Assembly (NCBI GenBank): GCA_934090595.1
Contig: CAKOJO010000002.1
Coordinates: 1 to 47,947, forward strand
DNA: 47,947 nt
Reading direction: 5' to 3'
DNA from: an uncultured Bacilli bacterium
Lineage (GTDB): Bacteria; Bacillota_I; Bacilli_A; RF39; UBA660
In this document: one piece after another, positions 18,979 through 28,694 of the stretch
Position numbering within the stretch: the first letter of the stretch is position 1
Layout: each line of letters starts with the position of its first letter
Notes under the pieces: generated by a model
Told to the model about the DNA's origin: nothing
Seen by the model: the letters and a program-made list of their open reading frames with translations, nothing else
Databases searched by the model: none
Program-made: the position numbers and the translations under genes

Positions 18979-21300
18979 TTGAGAAAAGTACTAAAAGAAG
19001 ACTTATTAATAAAAATGAACTATTACTTCATGGCTACAAACTACCTTTCAGTAGCACAACTATACTTAATGGACAACGTTTTACTAAAAAGACCATTAAA
19101 AAAAGAAGACATAAAACCAAAAGTCGTGGGACACTGGGGAACAGCACCAGGACAAAACTTTATCTATGTACACCTAAATAGACTAATAAAAGAACACAAT
19201 CTTAACATGATATATATATCAGGACCAGGACATGGTGGACAAGCAATGATAGCAAACGCCTATCTTGAAGGAACATATAGTGAAGTATATCCTAATATAA
19301 CCCAAGATGAAGAAGGACTAAAAAAACTATGTAAACAATTCTCCTTTCCTGGAGGAGTCTCTTCCCATGTTGCACCAGAAACACCAGGCTCAATCAACGA
19401 AGGAGGAGAACTAGGGTACTCACTTGCCCATGCCTATGGAGCAGTACTAGACAATAAAGACCTAATCGCAGCTTGTGTAATCGGAGATGGCGAAGCAGAA
19501 ACAGGACCACTCCAAGCATCATTCCATATAAATAAATTTATAAATCCTAAAACGGACGGAATAGTACTACCAATATTACATGTAAATGGTTATAAAATAT
19601 CAAACCCTACAATATTTGGTAGAATGACAAATAAACAAATAAAAGACTACTTTAACGGTTGTAACTACAAAGCATACATAGTCGAAGCAAAAAATTTAAG
19701 AGACATGCACAACCTTATGGCAAACTCTCTAGAATGGGCATTGAAAGACATACAAAAACTAAAACAAGGTCAAAAAATACCATTCCCAATCATAATAATG
19801 AAAAGCCCAAAAGGTTGGACTGGACCAAAAGAAGTAAACTTAAAAAGAGTCGAAGGAACATTCAGAGCACATCAAGTTCCAATAAAGATAACAAATGAAA
19901 ACGATGTAAAACTACTAGAAAAATGGTTAAAATCATACCATCCAGAAAAACTATTCGATGAAAATGGAACATTAGTAGACCCATTAAGACAACTACCACC
20001 AAAAAATGAACAAAGAATGAGTGCAAACCCTATCACAAACGGAGGATTACTTCTAAAAGAACTAAACACTCCAAGCATTAAAAACTACGAAGTAAAAATA
20101 ACACAACCAGGTAAAATAGAAAAACAAGATATGATGGAATTATCTAAATACATAAGAGACATATTTGCACTAAATAAAGAAAATAAAAACTTTAGATGCT
20201 TTGGACCAGATGAAGCACTATCAAACAGATTAAATCATATATTTGATGAAGTAAAAAGAATGTGGAATGCTGATACCAAAAAATATGATGAATTCCTATC
20301 AAAACAAGGAAGAGTTATGGACAGTCTATTATCAGAACACGTATGCCAAGGGATGCTCGAAGGTTACCTTTTAACAGGAAGACACGGCTTTATTCACTCA
20401 TACGAAGCATTCATAAGAATCGTAGACTCCATGGCAAGTCAACATGCTAAATGGCTAAAAGTAACCAAAGAAATACCTTGGAGAGCACCAATTGCATCTT
20501 TAAACTACATTCTAACATCACACATCTGGCAACAAGATCACAATGGATACACCCATCAAGATCCAGGTTTCTTAAATCACTTAGTAACCAAAAAAAGTGA
20601 TATAGTAAGAATGTATCTACCATTCGATGCTAATACACTAATATCAACATTTGACCACTGTATAAAAACAAAAAACTATATAAATGTTATCGTTGCATCA
20701 AAACATCCAAGACCACAATACTTAACAATGAATGAAGCAATAAAACACTGTGAACAAGGAATCGGAGAATTAGAATTCATAAGTGATAAAACAACATCAC
20801 CAAAAATAATATTTGCTTGCTGTGGAGATACTCCAACACTCGAAGTAATCGCTGCTACTAAAATATTAAGAGAACTTTCTCCTGAAACAAAAATAAGAGT
20901 AATAAATATAATAGATTTAATGAGATTAGAAACAAGAGAACAACATCCGCATGGAATGACAAACAAAGAATACGATAAACTATTTACTAAAACCAAACCA
21001 ATAATATTCGCATTCCACGGATATCCAAATCTAATCCATCAGCTAACATACAAAAGAACAAATCAAAACTTACACGTTCACGGCTATCTAGAAGAAGGAA
21101 CAATAACTACACCATTTGACATGAGAGTACAAAATAAAATAGATAGATATCACTTAATACTAGATGCTTTAAAATATGCAAACATTAAAAACAAAGAAAA
21201 CATCGAAGACTATTGTAATCAAATGTTAGAAAAACACCATAAATACATAAGACAATATGGAAAAGATATACCAGAAGTAGAAAACTTCAAACTGAATTAG
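18979..21300 (+). CDS. xfp: phosphoketolase (xylulose-5-P/fructose-6-P)
   Basis: GHWGTAPGQNFIYVHLNR and EGGELGY TPP motifs across the full length. TTG 18979 lies 6 nt after GAGGTG; in-frame GTG 18970 is an alternative. An extended -10 TGTGATATAAT lies upstream. Confidence 0.93.
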   Translation: MRKVLKEDLLIKMNYYFMATNYLSVAQLYLMDNVLLKRPLKKEDIKPKVVGHWGTAPGQNFIYVHLNRLIKEHNLNMIYISGPGHGGQAMIANAYLEGTYSEVYPNITQDEEGLKKLCKQFSFPGGVSSHVAPETPGSINEGGELGYSLAHAYGAVLDNKDLIAACVIGDGEAETGPLQASFHINKFINPKTDGIVLPILHVNGYKISNPTIFGRMTNKQIKDYFNGCNYKAYIVEAKNLRDMHNLMANSLEWALKDIQKLKQGQKIPFPIIIMKSPKGWTGPKEVNLKRVEGTFRAHQVPIKITNENDVKLLEKWLKSYHPEKLFDENGTLVDPLRQLPPKNEQRMSANPITNGGLLLKELNTPSIKNYEVKITQPGKIEKQDMMELSKYIRDIFALNKENKNFRCFGPDEALSNRLNHIFDEVKRMWNADTKKYDEFLSKQGRVMDSLLSEHVCQGMLEGYLLTGRHGFIHSYEAFIRIVDSMASQHAKWLKVTKEIPWRAPIASLNYILTSHIWQQDHNGYTHQDPGFLNHLVTKKSDIVRMYLPFDANTLISTFDHCIKTKNYINVIVASKHPRPQYLTMNEAIKHCEQGIGELEFISDKTTSPKIIFACCGDTPTLEVIAATKILRELSPETKIRVINIIDLMRLETREQHPHGMTNKEYDKLFTKTKPIIFAFHGYPNLIHQLTYKRTNQNLHVHGYLEEGTITTPFDMRVQNKIDRYHLILDALKYANIKNKENIEDYCNQMLEKHHKYIRQYGKDIPEVENFKLN

Positions 21301-21342
21301 TGAACTCAACTAATTCTTTTAATTTGTATGGCAATCACTTAA

Positions 21343-21564
21343 AACAATAATTATAGTGAAGGTGATGTCAACAGGTTATATAGGGATGGGTCTATATTTG
21401 AAAAGTCCGATGCTGATGTGTTATATATAACTAATGATAAATCCGTGCCTAAAGTTATAAATGATTTATGTAAGAAAATAAATATGAAAATGAAAATCAT
21501 TCCAGCAGAAGGAAATGATTTTCATACATCTGATATAATAAACAAGATAATTAATAATTCATAA
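21343..21564 (+). pseudogene. start-less 73-codon ORF, possible 3' remnant of a degraded gene
   Basis: Open frame NNNYSEGDVNRLYRDGSIFEKSDADVLYITNDKSVPKVINDLCKKINMKMKIIPAEGNDFHTSDIINKIINNS*. It has no upstream ATG or RBS and is locally more G-rich than its surroundings. Confidence 0.3.
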
Positions 21565-22047
21565 ATTATTATATACATCAATAAAGTAAGATAAATTATC
21601 TACAACCTCATTATTATCTAACATTTTTTTAAACTCATCAAAAGATACAAACCTTGCATCTATTACTTCATCGTTTTTAAGATTTAAATCTTCTATTTTA
21701 ATATTGTTTCTAATAATCCATATGTCAAGTATAGCTTGCTTTTTAATAAGTGATTTTACAAAGTTAAAATCACTTTTTTTAATATTTAAACCAAGTTCTT
21801 CGTATACTTCTCGTTGTATTCCTTCTATATCAGTTTCACCAGCTTTGACATGACCAGCAGTTGCTTCCCATAATCCACCATATGATTTATTAAAACTTCT
21901 CCTAGTAAGCAAAATCTCTTTGTTATCATTTATTATCCAAGCTTGTTCCAATAAATAGTATTCATTATCTAAAAGTATGTCTTGATGTCTAATAAATACT
22001 TTGTTAAGTTTAATTTTATCCTTAGTATATAAATCAATTTTTTCCAT
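21559..22047 (-). CDS. Nudix hydrolase
   Basis: Nudix box GHVKAGETDIEGIQREVYEELGL. ATG 22047 preferred; the ORF-track start at 22089 is a TTG without an RBS. Confidence 0.85.
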   Translation of the reverse strand: MEKIDLYTKDKIKLNKVFIRHQDILLDNEYYLLEQAWIINDNKEILLTRRSFNKSYGGLWEATAGHVKAGETDIEGIQREVYEELGLNIKKSDFNFVKSLIKKQAILDIWIIRNNIKIEDLNLKNDEVIDARFVSFDEFKKMLDNNEVVDNLSYFIDVYNNL

Positions 22048-22252
22048 ATTTTTAATTTTCCCTTCCACTTTATAATATATTTCAAACAAAATAAATAATT
22101 AAAACTGTATTATTTATACAAAACCATTTCCATTGTAATATTCTTATAAATATTTGTCAATTTAAGTATGTAAATTGCTCAAAAACTGACCATATCTAAT
22201 TTGCAAAAAGCATCATTTCATGATAAAGTATAAAAGAAAAGAAGTGATAACT

Positions 22253-23113
22253 ATGCAAATAAAAAATAGAAAAACAAACGAAATAATAAACACAAAAGAC
22301 AACCTATCATTAAGATTTCTATATAACACCAAACTAGGTAACAAAACACTAAAAATAATAATAAAACCATGGTTTACCAAACTAAGTGGAACCATCATGA
22401 ATAGTAAAATATCAAATATCATAACAATAAATCTAATAAAAAAATATAACATAAAAAAACAAGAATATGAAAAACAAAAATTTACATCATATAATGATTT
22501 CTTCACAAGAAAGAAAAAAGATAAATACTTAGAAATCGATAAAAATAAAAACCATTTAATATCACCCGCGGACTCAAAACTAACAGTATACGATATAAAA
22601 GAAAGTAGCATGTTTAAAATAAAAAACTCATACTATAGCATAAATGAACTATTAAATGGCAACAAAATATCAGAAAAATATAAAAATGGAACAATCTTAA
22701 TATTCAGACTAGAACCAAGTGATTACCATAGATATTGCTACATTGATAATGGAACAAAAACCAAAAATACTCATGTACAAGGAGTTTTTCACACTGTACA
22801 AAATATTGCTCTAAAAAAGTACAATGTATATAAAAAGAACACCAGAGAGTATACAATATTAAACACAGAAAATTTTGGAAAAGTAATCCAAGTAGAAGTC
22901 GGAGCCCTAATCGTTGGAAGAATAAAAAATCATCATGAAGAATACAAATTTAAAAAAGGTGAAGAAAAAGGATACTTTGAATTCAATGGTTCAACAATTA
23001 TCCTAATATTTAAAAAAGACAAAATAAAAATAGATCAAGATATAAAAGAAAACTCCATAAATCACATTGAAACAATTGTGAAATATGGAGAAAAAATAGG
23101 TACTAAAAAATAA
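22253..23113 (+). CDS. psd: phosphatidylserine decarboxylase proenzyme
   Basis: ISPADSKL and the self-cleavage motif FNGST near the C-terminus. The MQIKNRKTNE start (22253) matches typical Psd N-termini; the ORF extends to 22220. Confidence 0.85.
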   Translation: MQIKNRKTNEIINTKDNLSLRFLYNTKLGNKTLKIIIKPWFTKLSGTIMNSKISNIITINLIKKYNIKKQEYEKQKFTSYNDFFTRKKKDKYLEIDKNKNHLISPADSKLTVYDIKESSMFKIKNSYYSINELLNGNKISEKYKNGTILIFRLEPSDYHRYCYIDNGTKTKNTHVQGVFHTVQNIALKKYNVYKKNTREYTILNTENFGKVIQVEVGALIVGRIKNHHEEYKFKKGEEKGYFEFNGSTIILIFKKDKIKIDQDIKENSINHIETIVKYGEKIGTKK

Positions 23114-23743
23114 TTAATAAAGATAAGATTGAAATATGCCAAAAAACTTTAACTTTGAAACTAGATAACAACAACCAGATATAATAAATGCACTAATAAC
23201 ATCAATGATAACATGTTGTTTAACAAATAAAGTAGAAAAAATAATAAGTACAAAATATATGCAAATAGGAACCTTATACCTATTTTTTATTTTACTATTA
23301 ATTAAACAAAATATTGGTATAAAACAAAATATACAATGCATCGAAGGCATGCAGTTAACAGGAACATCAGCATTATAAGTAATACTTACAACCAAACTAG
23401 TAAAATCATTAACAACAATATCAGGCCTTAAAACAGTCGTTGGATAAACTAAAAAAATAAAATTACCAATAATTATAGATAAAAGACCAGCAACTATAAA
23501 ATTAATACACTTATCTCTATCGAAGTAAAAAAGCAATACCCAAACGAAAGCCAAAAAAGGATACCAAGAATCATAAACATATATAAAGTACTTAATGAAT
23601 GGAATCTTATCATCCAAAGAACTACCAATAAGATGAAAAGAACTATTAAAATTCTTAGTAACAAAATATAAAAAAGCTTGCAAACCAAGTATAAAAACAA
23701 CAAGAAAAATACACAATTTTAAATCCCTTTTACTACTCTTCAT
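23114..23743 (-). CDS. PAP2-superfamily membrane phosphatase/phosphotransferase (PAP2_3, Aur1-like)
   Basis: 6 TM. Motifs PSMHC and KQHVIIDV correspond to PAP2 C2/C3. Same-strand operon with tetR (10-nt gap). Confidence 0.75.
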   Translation of the reverse strand: MKSSKRDLKLCIFLVVFILGLQAFLYFVTKNFNSSFHLIGSSLDDKIPFIKYFIYVYDSWYPFLAFVWVLLFYFDRDKCINFIVAGLLSIIIGNFIFLVYPTTVLRPDIVVNDFTSLVVSITYNADVPVNCMPSMHCIFCFIPIFCLINSKIKNRYKVPICIYFVLIIFSTLFVKQHVIIDVISAFIISGCCYLVSKLKFFGIFQSYLY

Positions 23744-23753
23744 AACATCACCA

Positions 23754-24353
23754 CTAAATATCTAAAATATAACTGACTACCTTAGTTACTTCATTCTTCA
23801 TTATATTATAATCAATATCATCATGTCTATGATAAACAACCTCATGACAATAATTTTCAACTATACCCATTATGATATGAACCCTCTCAAAAAGATTAGG
23901 ACACTTAATACCATTACTTTCTAACACACTAACAATCCTTTTTGTTGTATCAATTTCCTTATCATGAAATATTTCTGCTATATCATCATCCAAATGCGCA
24001 AGACCAATCATTTGCTCATGAGCCTTTTTAGATAAAGTATGTTTCTTAATAAAAACATCAAGCAATCCATCAAAAACAACAGGCAAATTATCAAAGTTAA
24101 TCGAAGTATTTAAAACATCCAAAATTGGAAACATAATACTATCAGAATAATTCTTAAATCCTTGAGCAAAAATATCTTTTTTATCATTAAAATATTGATA
24201 AATAATACCAGTAGAGACACCAACATACTTAGCAATATCATTAGTATTAGTATTATAATAACCATTCTCACACATTAAATAAAATCCCTTTTCAATAATA
24301 TTGTTTCTCTTTTCAATAGATCTTTTTTGAGTAGGAACTCTAACTTCAGACAT
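23754..24353 (-). CDS. TetR/AcrR-family transcriptional regulator
   Basis: N-terminal HTH TNDIAKYVGVSTGIIYQYFNDKKDIF. Confidence 0.9.
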   Translation of the reverse strand: MSEVRVPTQKRSIEKRNNIIEKGFYLMCENGYYNTNTNDIAKYVGVSTGIIYQYFNDKKDIFAQGFKNYSDSIMFPILDVLNTSINFDNLPVVFDGLLDVFIKKHTLSKKAHEQMIGLAHLDDDIAEIFHDKEIDTTKRIVSVLESNGIKCPNLFERVHIIMGIVENYCHEVVYHRHDDIDYNIMKNEVTKVVSYILDI

Positions 24354-24401
24354 AATATATCACCAACAACATTGTATCACAAAAATCAAAAAAATAAAAC
24401 A

Positions 24402-24483
24402 TGAAAAAAATATCATATTTGTATTGACTGATAAATATAATAAAGGTATAATAAATATGAAATGTGAAAAAAATATCATATTT
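24402..24483 (+). promoter_or_regulatory. consensus promoter flanked by two identical 19-bp operator-like repeats
   Basis: TGAAAAAAATATCATATTT occurs at 24402-24420 and again at 24465-24483, each containing the palindrome AAATAT-C-ATATTT. TTGACT (24424-24429), 17 nt, TATAAT (24447-24452) lies between them. Confidence 0.75.
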
Positions 24484-24498
24484 TGAAAGGAAGATACT

Positions 24499-25200
24499 AT
24501 GCAAGAACTAATAAACTTTAAAAACGTAAGCAAAACCTATGTTTTGGGAGAACAAAAATATAAAGCTCTAGACAAAGTAAACTTTAAAATTAATAAAGGT
24601 GAATTCGTCGTAATACTGGGACCATCTGGAGCAGGAAAATCAACACTATTAAACCTTCTCGGAGGAATGGATAAAGCAACAAGTGGTACAATCACTATAA
24701 ACAATGAAGAAATATCAAAATATAGTGATGAAAAATTAACAACGTATCGAGCAGAAAACATAGGATTTATTTTTCAATTCTATAACATTCTACCAACTCT
24801 AACAGTACTAGAAAACGTAAAAATAGTAAACGACATTGTAAAAAAACCAAAAAATGCTAAAGAAGTACTAAAACAAGTCGGACTAGAAAAACACTACAAT
24901 AAATTTCCTAATCAACTATCCGGAGGAGAACAACAAAGAGTATCAATCGCACGAGCAGTAGCAAAAGATCCAATTCTTCTTTTGTGCGATGAACCAACCG
25001 GAGCCTTAGATTCAAAAACTGGTGTTGAAGTATTAAAACTATTGAAAAAACAATGTGATGAAAATAATACAGTCGTCGTAGTAACACACAATTCATTAAT
25101 CGCTGAAATCGCAGACCACATTATAAGATTAAAAAACGGAAAAATAGAAAGTGACGAAATAAATAAAAATCCTAAAAATATAGATGAGGTAGTTTGGTAA
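24499..25200 (+). CDS. ABC transporter ATP-binding protein (MacB/FtsE-like)
   Basis: Walker A GPSGAGKST, signature LSGGEQQR, Walker B LLLCDEPT. Confidence 0.95.
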   Translation: MQELINFKNVSKTYVLGEQKYKALDKVNFKINKGEFVVILGPSGAGKSTLLNLLGGMDKATSGTITINNEEISKYSDEKLTTYRAENIGFIFQFYNILPTLTVLENVKIVNDIVKKPKNAKEVLKQVGLEKHYNKFPNQLSGGEQQRVSIARAVAKDPILLLCDEPTGALDSKTGVEVLKLLKKQCDENNTVVVVTHNSLIAEIADHIIRLKNGKIESDEINKNPKNIDEVVW

Positions 25201-25201
25201 T

Positions 25202-27574
25202 ATGCTAAAAAAGAAAATGCTACGTGACATCATGCAAAATAAGTCACAATTCATAACAATATTTCTAATGGTTTTAATTGGAATAATGGTCTACGTCGGA
25301 GTAGAAGCCTACATGAGTGGTATGATAAATGCAAGAGATAAATTCAACAACGAAAACAATATCCAAGACTTAAATGTAATTGGACAAAACTTTACTAAAG
25401 AAGATTTAAAAAACATAAAAAAAATAAACAATGTAGAAAATGCTGAAAGAAAACTAGAACTAACAGGAATAGATGCCGATGATAAAGATAAAACATATCT
25501 AATAAGTTTTATCGAAGAAAACAACATATCCAAGTTTTACATAATCGAAGGAATACCATTTGATAAAGACAAAAAAGGAGTTTGGTTAGATAACTTTTAT
25601 GCCAAAGAAAATAATATAAAAATAAATGACACTATAAAAATAAAATATGATAACATAACATTCGAAGAAAAAGTACTTGGACTAATAAACGTACCTGATC
25701 ATATATACGACACCAAAGATGAAAAAGAAATAATTCCTGATAGAAAAAAATTTGGTTTCGTCTATATGTCATCAAAAGAAATACCAGAAAACTATATTAA
25801 AGACTTAATTAAAAAAGAAACAGGTAACAATATCGACCCATCAAACTATATAAAAAACTTCAACTATGAAGATTACATTCCATACAATTATATAATGGTC
25901 GATGTAAAAGATAAAAAGAATAATAACCAAGTAAAAAATGATATTGAAGAAAACATAGAAAATGCACAAGCAATAATAAATATCGAAGACACTGCATCAT
26001 ATCAAATGTATCAAGGAGAAATAGACGAAGCAAAAGCATACATCGGAATATTCTCAGGACTATTTCTATTTATAGCAATGCTTTCAGTAATAACAACAAT
26101 GACTAGAGTAGTAAAAAATCAAAAACTACAAATAGGAACCCTAAAATCATTAGGATTCAATAAAAGAAAAATATCATTCCATTACATAGGATACGGATTA
26201 TTTGTATCAACAATCGGAGCCATATGCGGAATATTATTAGGTAGATACTTCATAGGAAATATCTTCCTAAACCTTGAAATGTCCTTCTTTGAAGTGCCAA
26301 ACGGAGTTCCGGTAGTAGAAAAATCAAGCTATCTAATGGCCTTTTTAACAGTACTAACAGTCTCATTAATAACATACTTCACTTGTAAAAAAGAACTAAA
26401 AAAGTCTCCCGCAGACCAACTAAGAAATGAACCTCCAAAAGTAAACAATAAAACTCTAAATATTACAACAAAACCCCCATTTAAAAACCTACCTTTCAGT
26501 ACTAAATGGAACCTAAGAGACATTCTAAGAAATAAGTTCAGAACCGTAACAGCACTCGTTGGAATAATTGGATGTTCAACACTAATAGTATGCGCATTTG
26601 GTATGTTAAACAGTATGAACAATTTCATAAAATTGCAATTCGAAGAACTATATAATTTTAACTACAAACTAACCATAAAAGAAAATATAAAAGAAGAAGA
26701 ACTAAATAATTTAAAACAAACATATGGAAACAGTACTAGTCAAACTCTAAATATAGAAATAAAAGACGAAAAAGGTAACAGAACAACAAATAACATTTTT
26801 GTAACAGACGCAAATGATCTAGTAAGATTCAAAGATAAAAACGATAACTATATAAAAATAAATAATGATAATGGAATATATGTAACAGAAAAATTAGCAC
26901 AAAATAATAATTATAAGAAAGGTGACAAAATAACATGGCATGTATATGGTGATAAAAAATACTATACATCAACAATCATTGGTTTCAACAAAGATCCACA
27001 AAACCAAAACATAACAATGACCAAAAACTACCTAGAAAGCCTAAATATAAAATATCAACCAGACTCACTATATGCAAATAAAGACCTAAAAGACGTAAAA
27101 GAAATAGAAAATATAAAACTAATCCAAGAAAAAAATTCACTAAAAGAAAGTATGCAACAAATGCTTTCAATGATGCAACAAATGATAATTATCATAATTC
27201 TCTTTGCATGTATCCTCGGAGGTGTTATAATATATAACATGGGAGTCCTTTCTTACAGCGAAAAAAAATATCAATTTGCAACCTTAAAAGTATTAGGATT
27301 TAAAAACAAAAAAATAAGAAACATCTTTATTGAACAAAACATTTGGATTACAATACTAGCAATAATACTTGGACTGCCATCAGGTTACTACTTAACAAAA
27401 TGGATATTTATTATGTGTCTAGACGATAACTTTGACTTTGGCGTTAAAATAAATACATCAACATACATAATCGCTGCCATAGGTACATTCGTCGTAGCAT
27501 ACATAACATCAAGAATACTATCTAAAAAAATAAACAAAATAGATATGGTAAGTAGTCTAAAAACAAATGAATAA
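25202..27574 (+). CDS. ABC transporter permease with two FtsX-like domains
   Basis: 790 aa. Repeated 4-TM FtsX modules with large extracytoplasmic loops. Adjacent to the ATPase gene. Confidence 0.88.
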   Translation: MLKKKMLRDIMQNKSQFITIFLMVLIGIMVYVGVEAYMSGMINARDKFNNENNIQDLNVIGQNFTKEDLKNIKKINNVENAERKLELTGIDADDKDKTYLISFIEENNISKFYIIEGIPFDKDKKGVWLDNFYAKENNIKINDTIKIKYDNITFEEKVLGLINVPDHIYDTKDEKEIIPDRKKFGFVYMSSKEIPENYIKDLIKKETGNNIDPSNYIKNFNYEDYIPYNYIMVDVKDKKNNNQVKNDIEENIENAQAIINIEDTASYQMYQGEIDEAKAYIGIFSGLFLFIAMLSVITTMTRVVKNQKLQIGTLKSLGFNKRKISFHYIGYGLFVSTIGAICGILLGRYFIGNIFLNLEMSFFEVPNGVPVVEKSSYLMAFLTVLTVSLITYFTCKKELKKSPADQLRNEPPKVNNKTLNITTKPPFKNLPFSTKWNLRDILRNKFRTVTALVGIIGCSTLIVCAFGMLNSMNNFIKLQFEELYNFNYKLTIKENIKEEELNNLKQTYGNSTSQTLNIEIKDEKGNRTTNNIFVTDANDLVRFKDKNDNYIKINNDNGIYVTEKLAQNNNYKKGDKITWHVYGDKKYYTSTIIGFNKDPQNQNITMTKNYLESLNIKYQPDSLYANKDLKDVKEIENIKLIQEKNSLKESMQQMLSMMQQMIIIIILFACILGGVIIYNMGVLSYSEKKYQFATLKVLGFKNKKIRNIFIEQNIWITILAIILGLPSGYYLTKWIFIMCLDDNFDFGVKINTSTYIIAAIGTFVVAYITSRILSKKINKIDMVSSLKTNE

Positions 27575-27585
27575 AAGGTGATAAA

Positions 27586-28272
27586 GTGATAAAACTAATA
27601 TTAGTAAGACACGGACAAAGTACATACAACAAAAAAAATCTTTTTACCGGATGGCTTGATGTAGGACTTACAACACAAGGAGTACAAGAAGCAAAAAAAG
27701 CTGGAAAAATAATAAAAAATAATAACTTAACATTTGATATAGCATACACATCAGAATTAAAAAGAGCCCAAAAAACTCTAGAATACATTCTAAAAGAAAT
27801 AAATCAAAAAAAATTACCAGTTATAAAAACATACAAACTAAATGAAAGACACTATGGAGCATTACAAGGACTAAATAAAGATGAAATGAAAGAAAAGTTC
27901 GGAGAAGAACAGGTAAACTTATGGAGACGCAGTCTATACGAAAAACCACCTGCACTTTCTAAACAAGACAAAACATACCCTGGAAATGATCCGAAATATA
28001 AAAACATAAAAGAAGAACTACCAACATCTGAAAGTCTATATGACACAATGTTAAGAGTATCAAACTATTATGAAAATGAAATAACAATAAAACTAAAAGA
28101 ACATAAAAAAGTCTTAATAGTAGCACACGGCAACTCTCTAAGAGCCTTAATAAAATATTTAGACAATATAAGTGATAACGACATCATGAAACTAGAAATT
28201 CCAACCGGAGAACCAATATGCTATGAACTAGATGAAGAACTAAAACCAATAAGACATTATTATTTAAAATAG
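27586..28272 (+). CDS. gpmA: 2,3-bisphosphoglycerate-dependent phosphoglycerate mutase
   Basis: LVRHGQSTYNKKNLFTGW and RHYGALQG motifs. GTG start after AAGGTGA. Confidence 0.93.
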   Translation: MIKLILVRHGQSTYNKKNLFTGWLDVGLTTQGVQEAKKAGKIIKNNNLTFDIAYTSELKRAQKTLEYILKEINQKKLPVIKTYKLNERHYGALQGLNKDEMKEKFGEEQVNLWRRSLYEKPPALSKQDKTYPGNDPKYKNIKEELPTSESLYDTMLRVSNYYENEITIKLKEHKKVLIVAHGNSLRALIKYLDNISDNDIMKLEIPTGEPICYELDEELKPIRHYYLK

Positions 28273-28292
28273 TTCTTTTTCTTAAAAATAAC

Positions 28293-28312
28293 AGTTGAAC
28301 AATCATTCAACT
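28293..28312 (+). promoter_or_regulatory. putative ArsR/CadC operator
   Basis: Inverted repeat AGTTGAA (28293-28299) / TTCAACT (28306-28312) directly upstream of the cadC RBS, containing TGAACA as in ArsR/SmtB 12-2-12 sites. Confidence 0.5.
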
Positions 28313-28328
28313 ATAAAAGAGGTAATAT

Positions 28329-28694
28329 ATGAAAAAAGAATATACATGTGATTGTAACATTATTCATCATCAAGTAGTAAAAGACACTAAAGAAAAAATG
28401 TTAAAAGAAAAAACACTAAAAAATATGACTACATTCTTTAGTGTATTAAAAGATTCAACAAGAATAAAAATAATATGTGCACTAGATAATAATGAAATGT
28501 GTGTATGTGACATAGCAAACACTTTAGAAATGACAAAATCTGCTATATCACACCAACTAAACATATTAAGAAAAAATAACCTAGTAAAATATAGAAAACA
28601 AGGAAAAGAAGTATACTATACTTTAGATGATGATCATGTAAAAGAAATATTTGAGCTAACATTAGCACATATAAAACATAAGGAGGAAAAATGA
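28329..28694 (+). CDS. cadC: ArsR/SmtB-family metalloregulator (CadC-like)
   Basis: Winged HTH with alpha3 metal site MCVCDI, N-terminal Cys pair (YTCDC) and SHQLNILR recognition helix. Overlaps cadA (ATGA). Confidence 0.85.
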   Translation: MKKEYTCDCNIIHHQVVKDTKEKMLKEKTLKNMTTFFSVLKDSTRIKIICALDNNEMCVCDIANTLEMTKSAISHQLNILRKNNLVKYRKQGKEVYYTLDDDHVKEIFELTLAHIKHKEEK

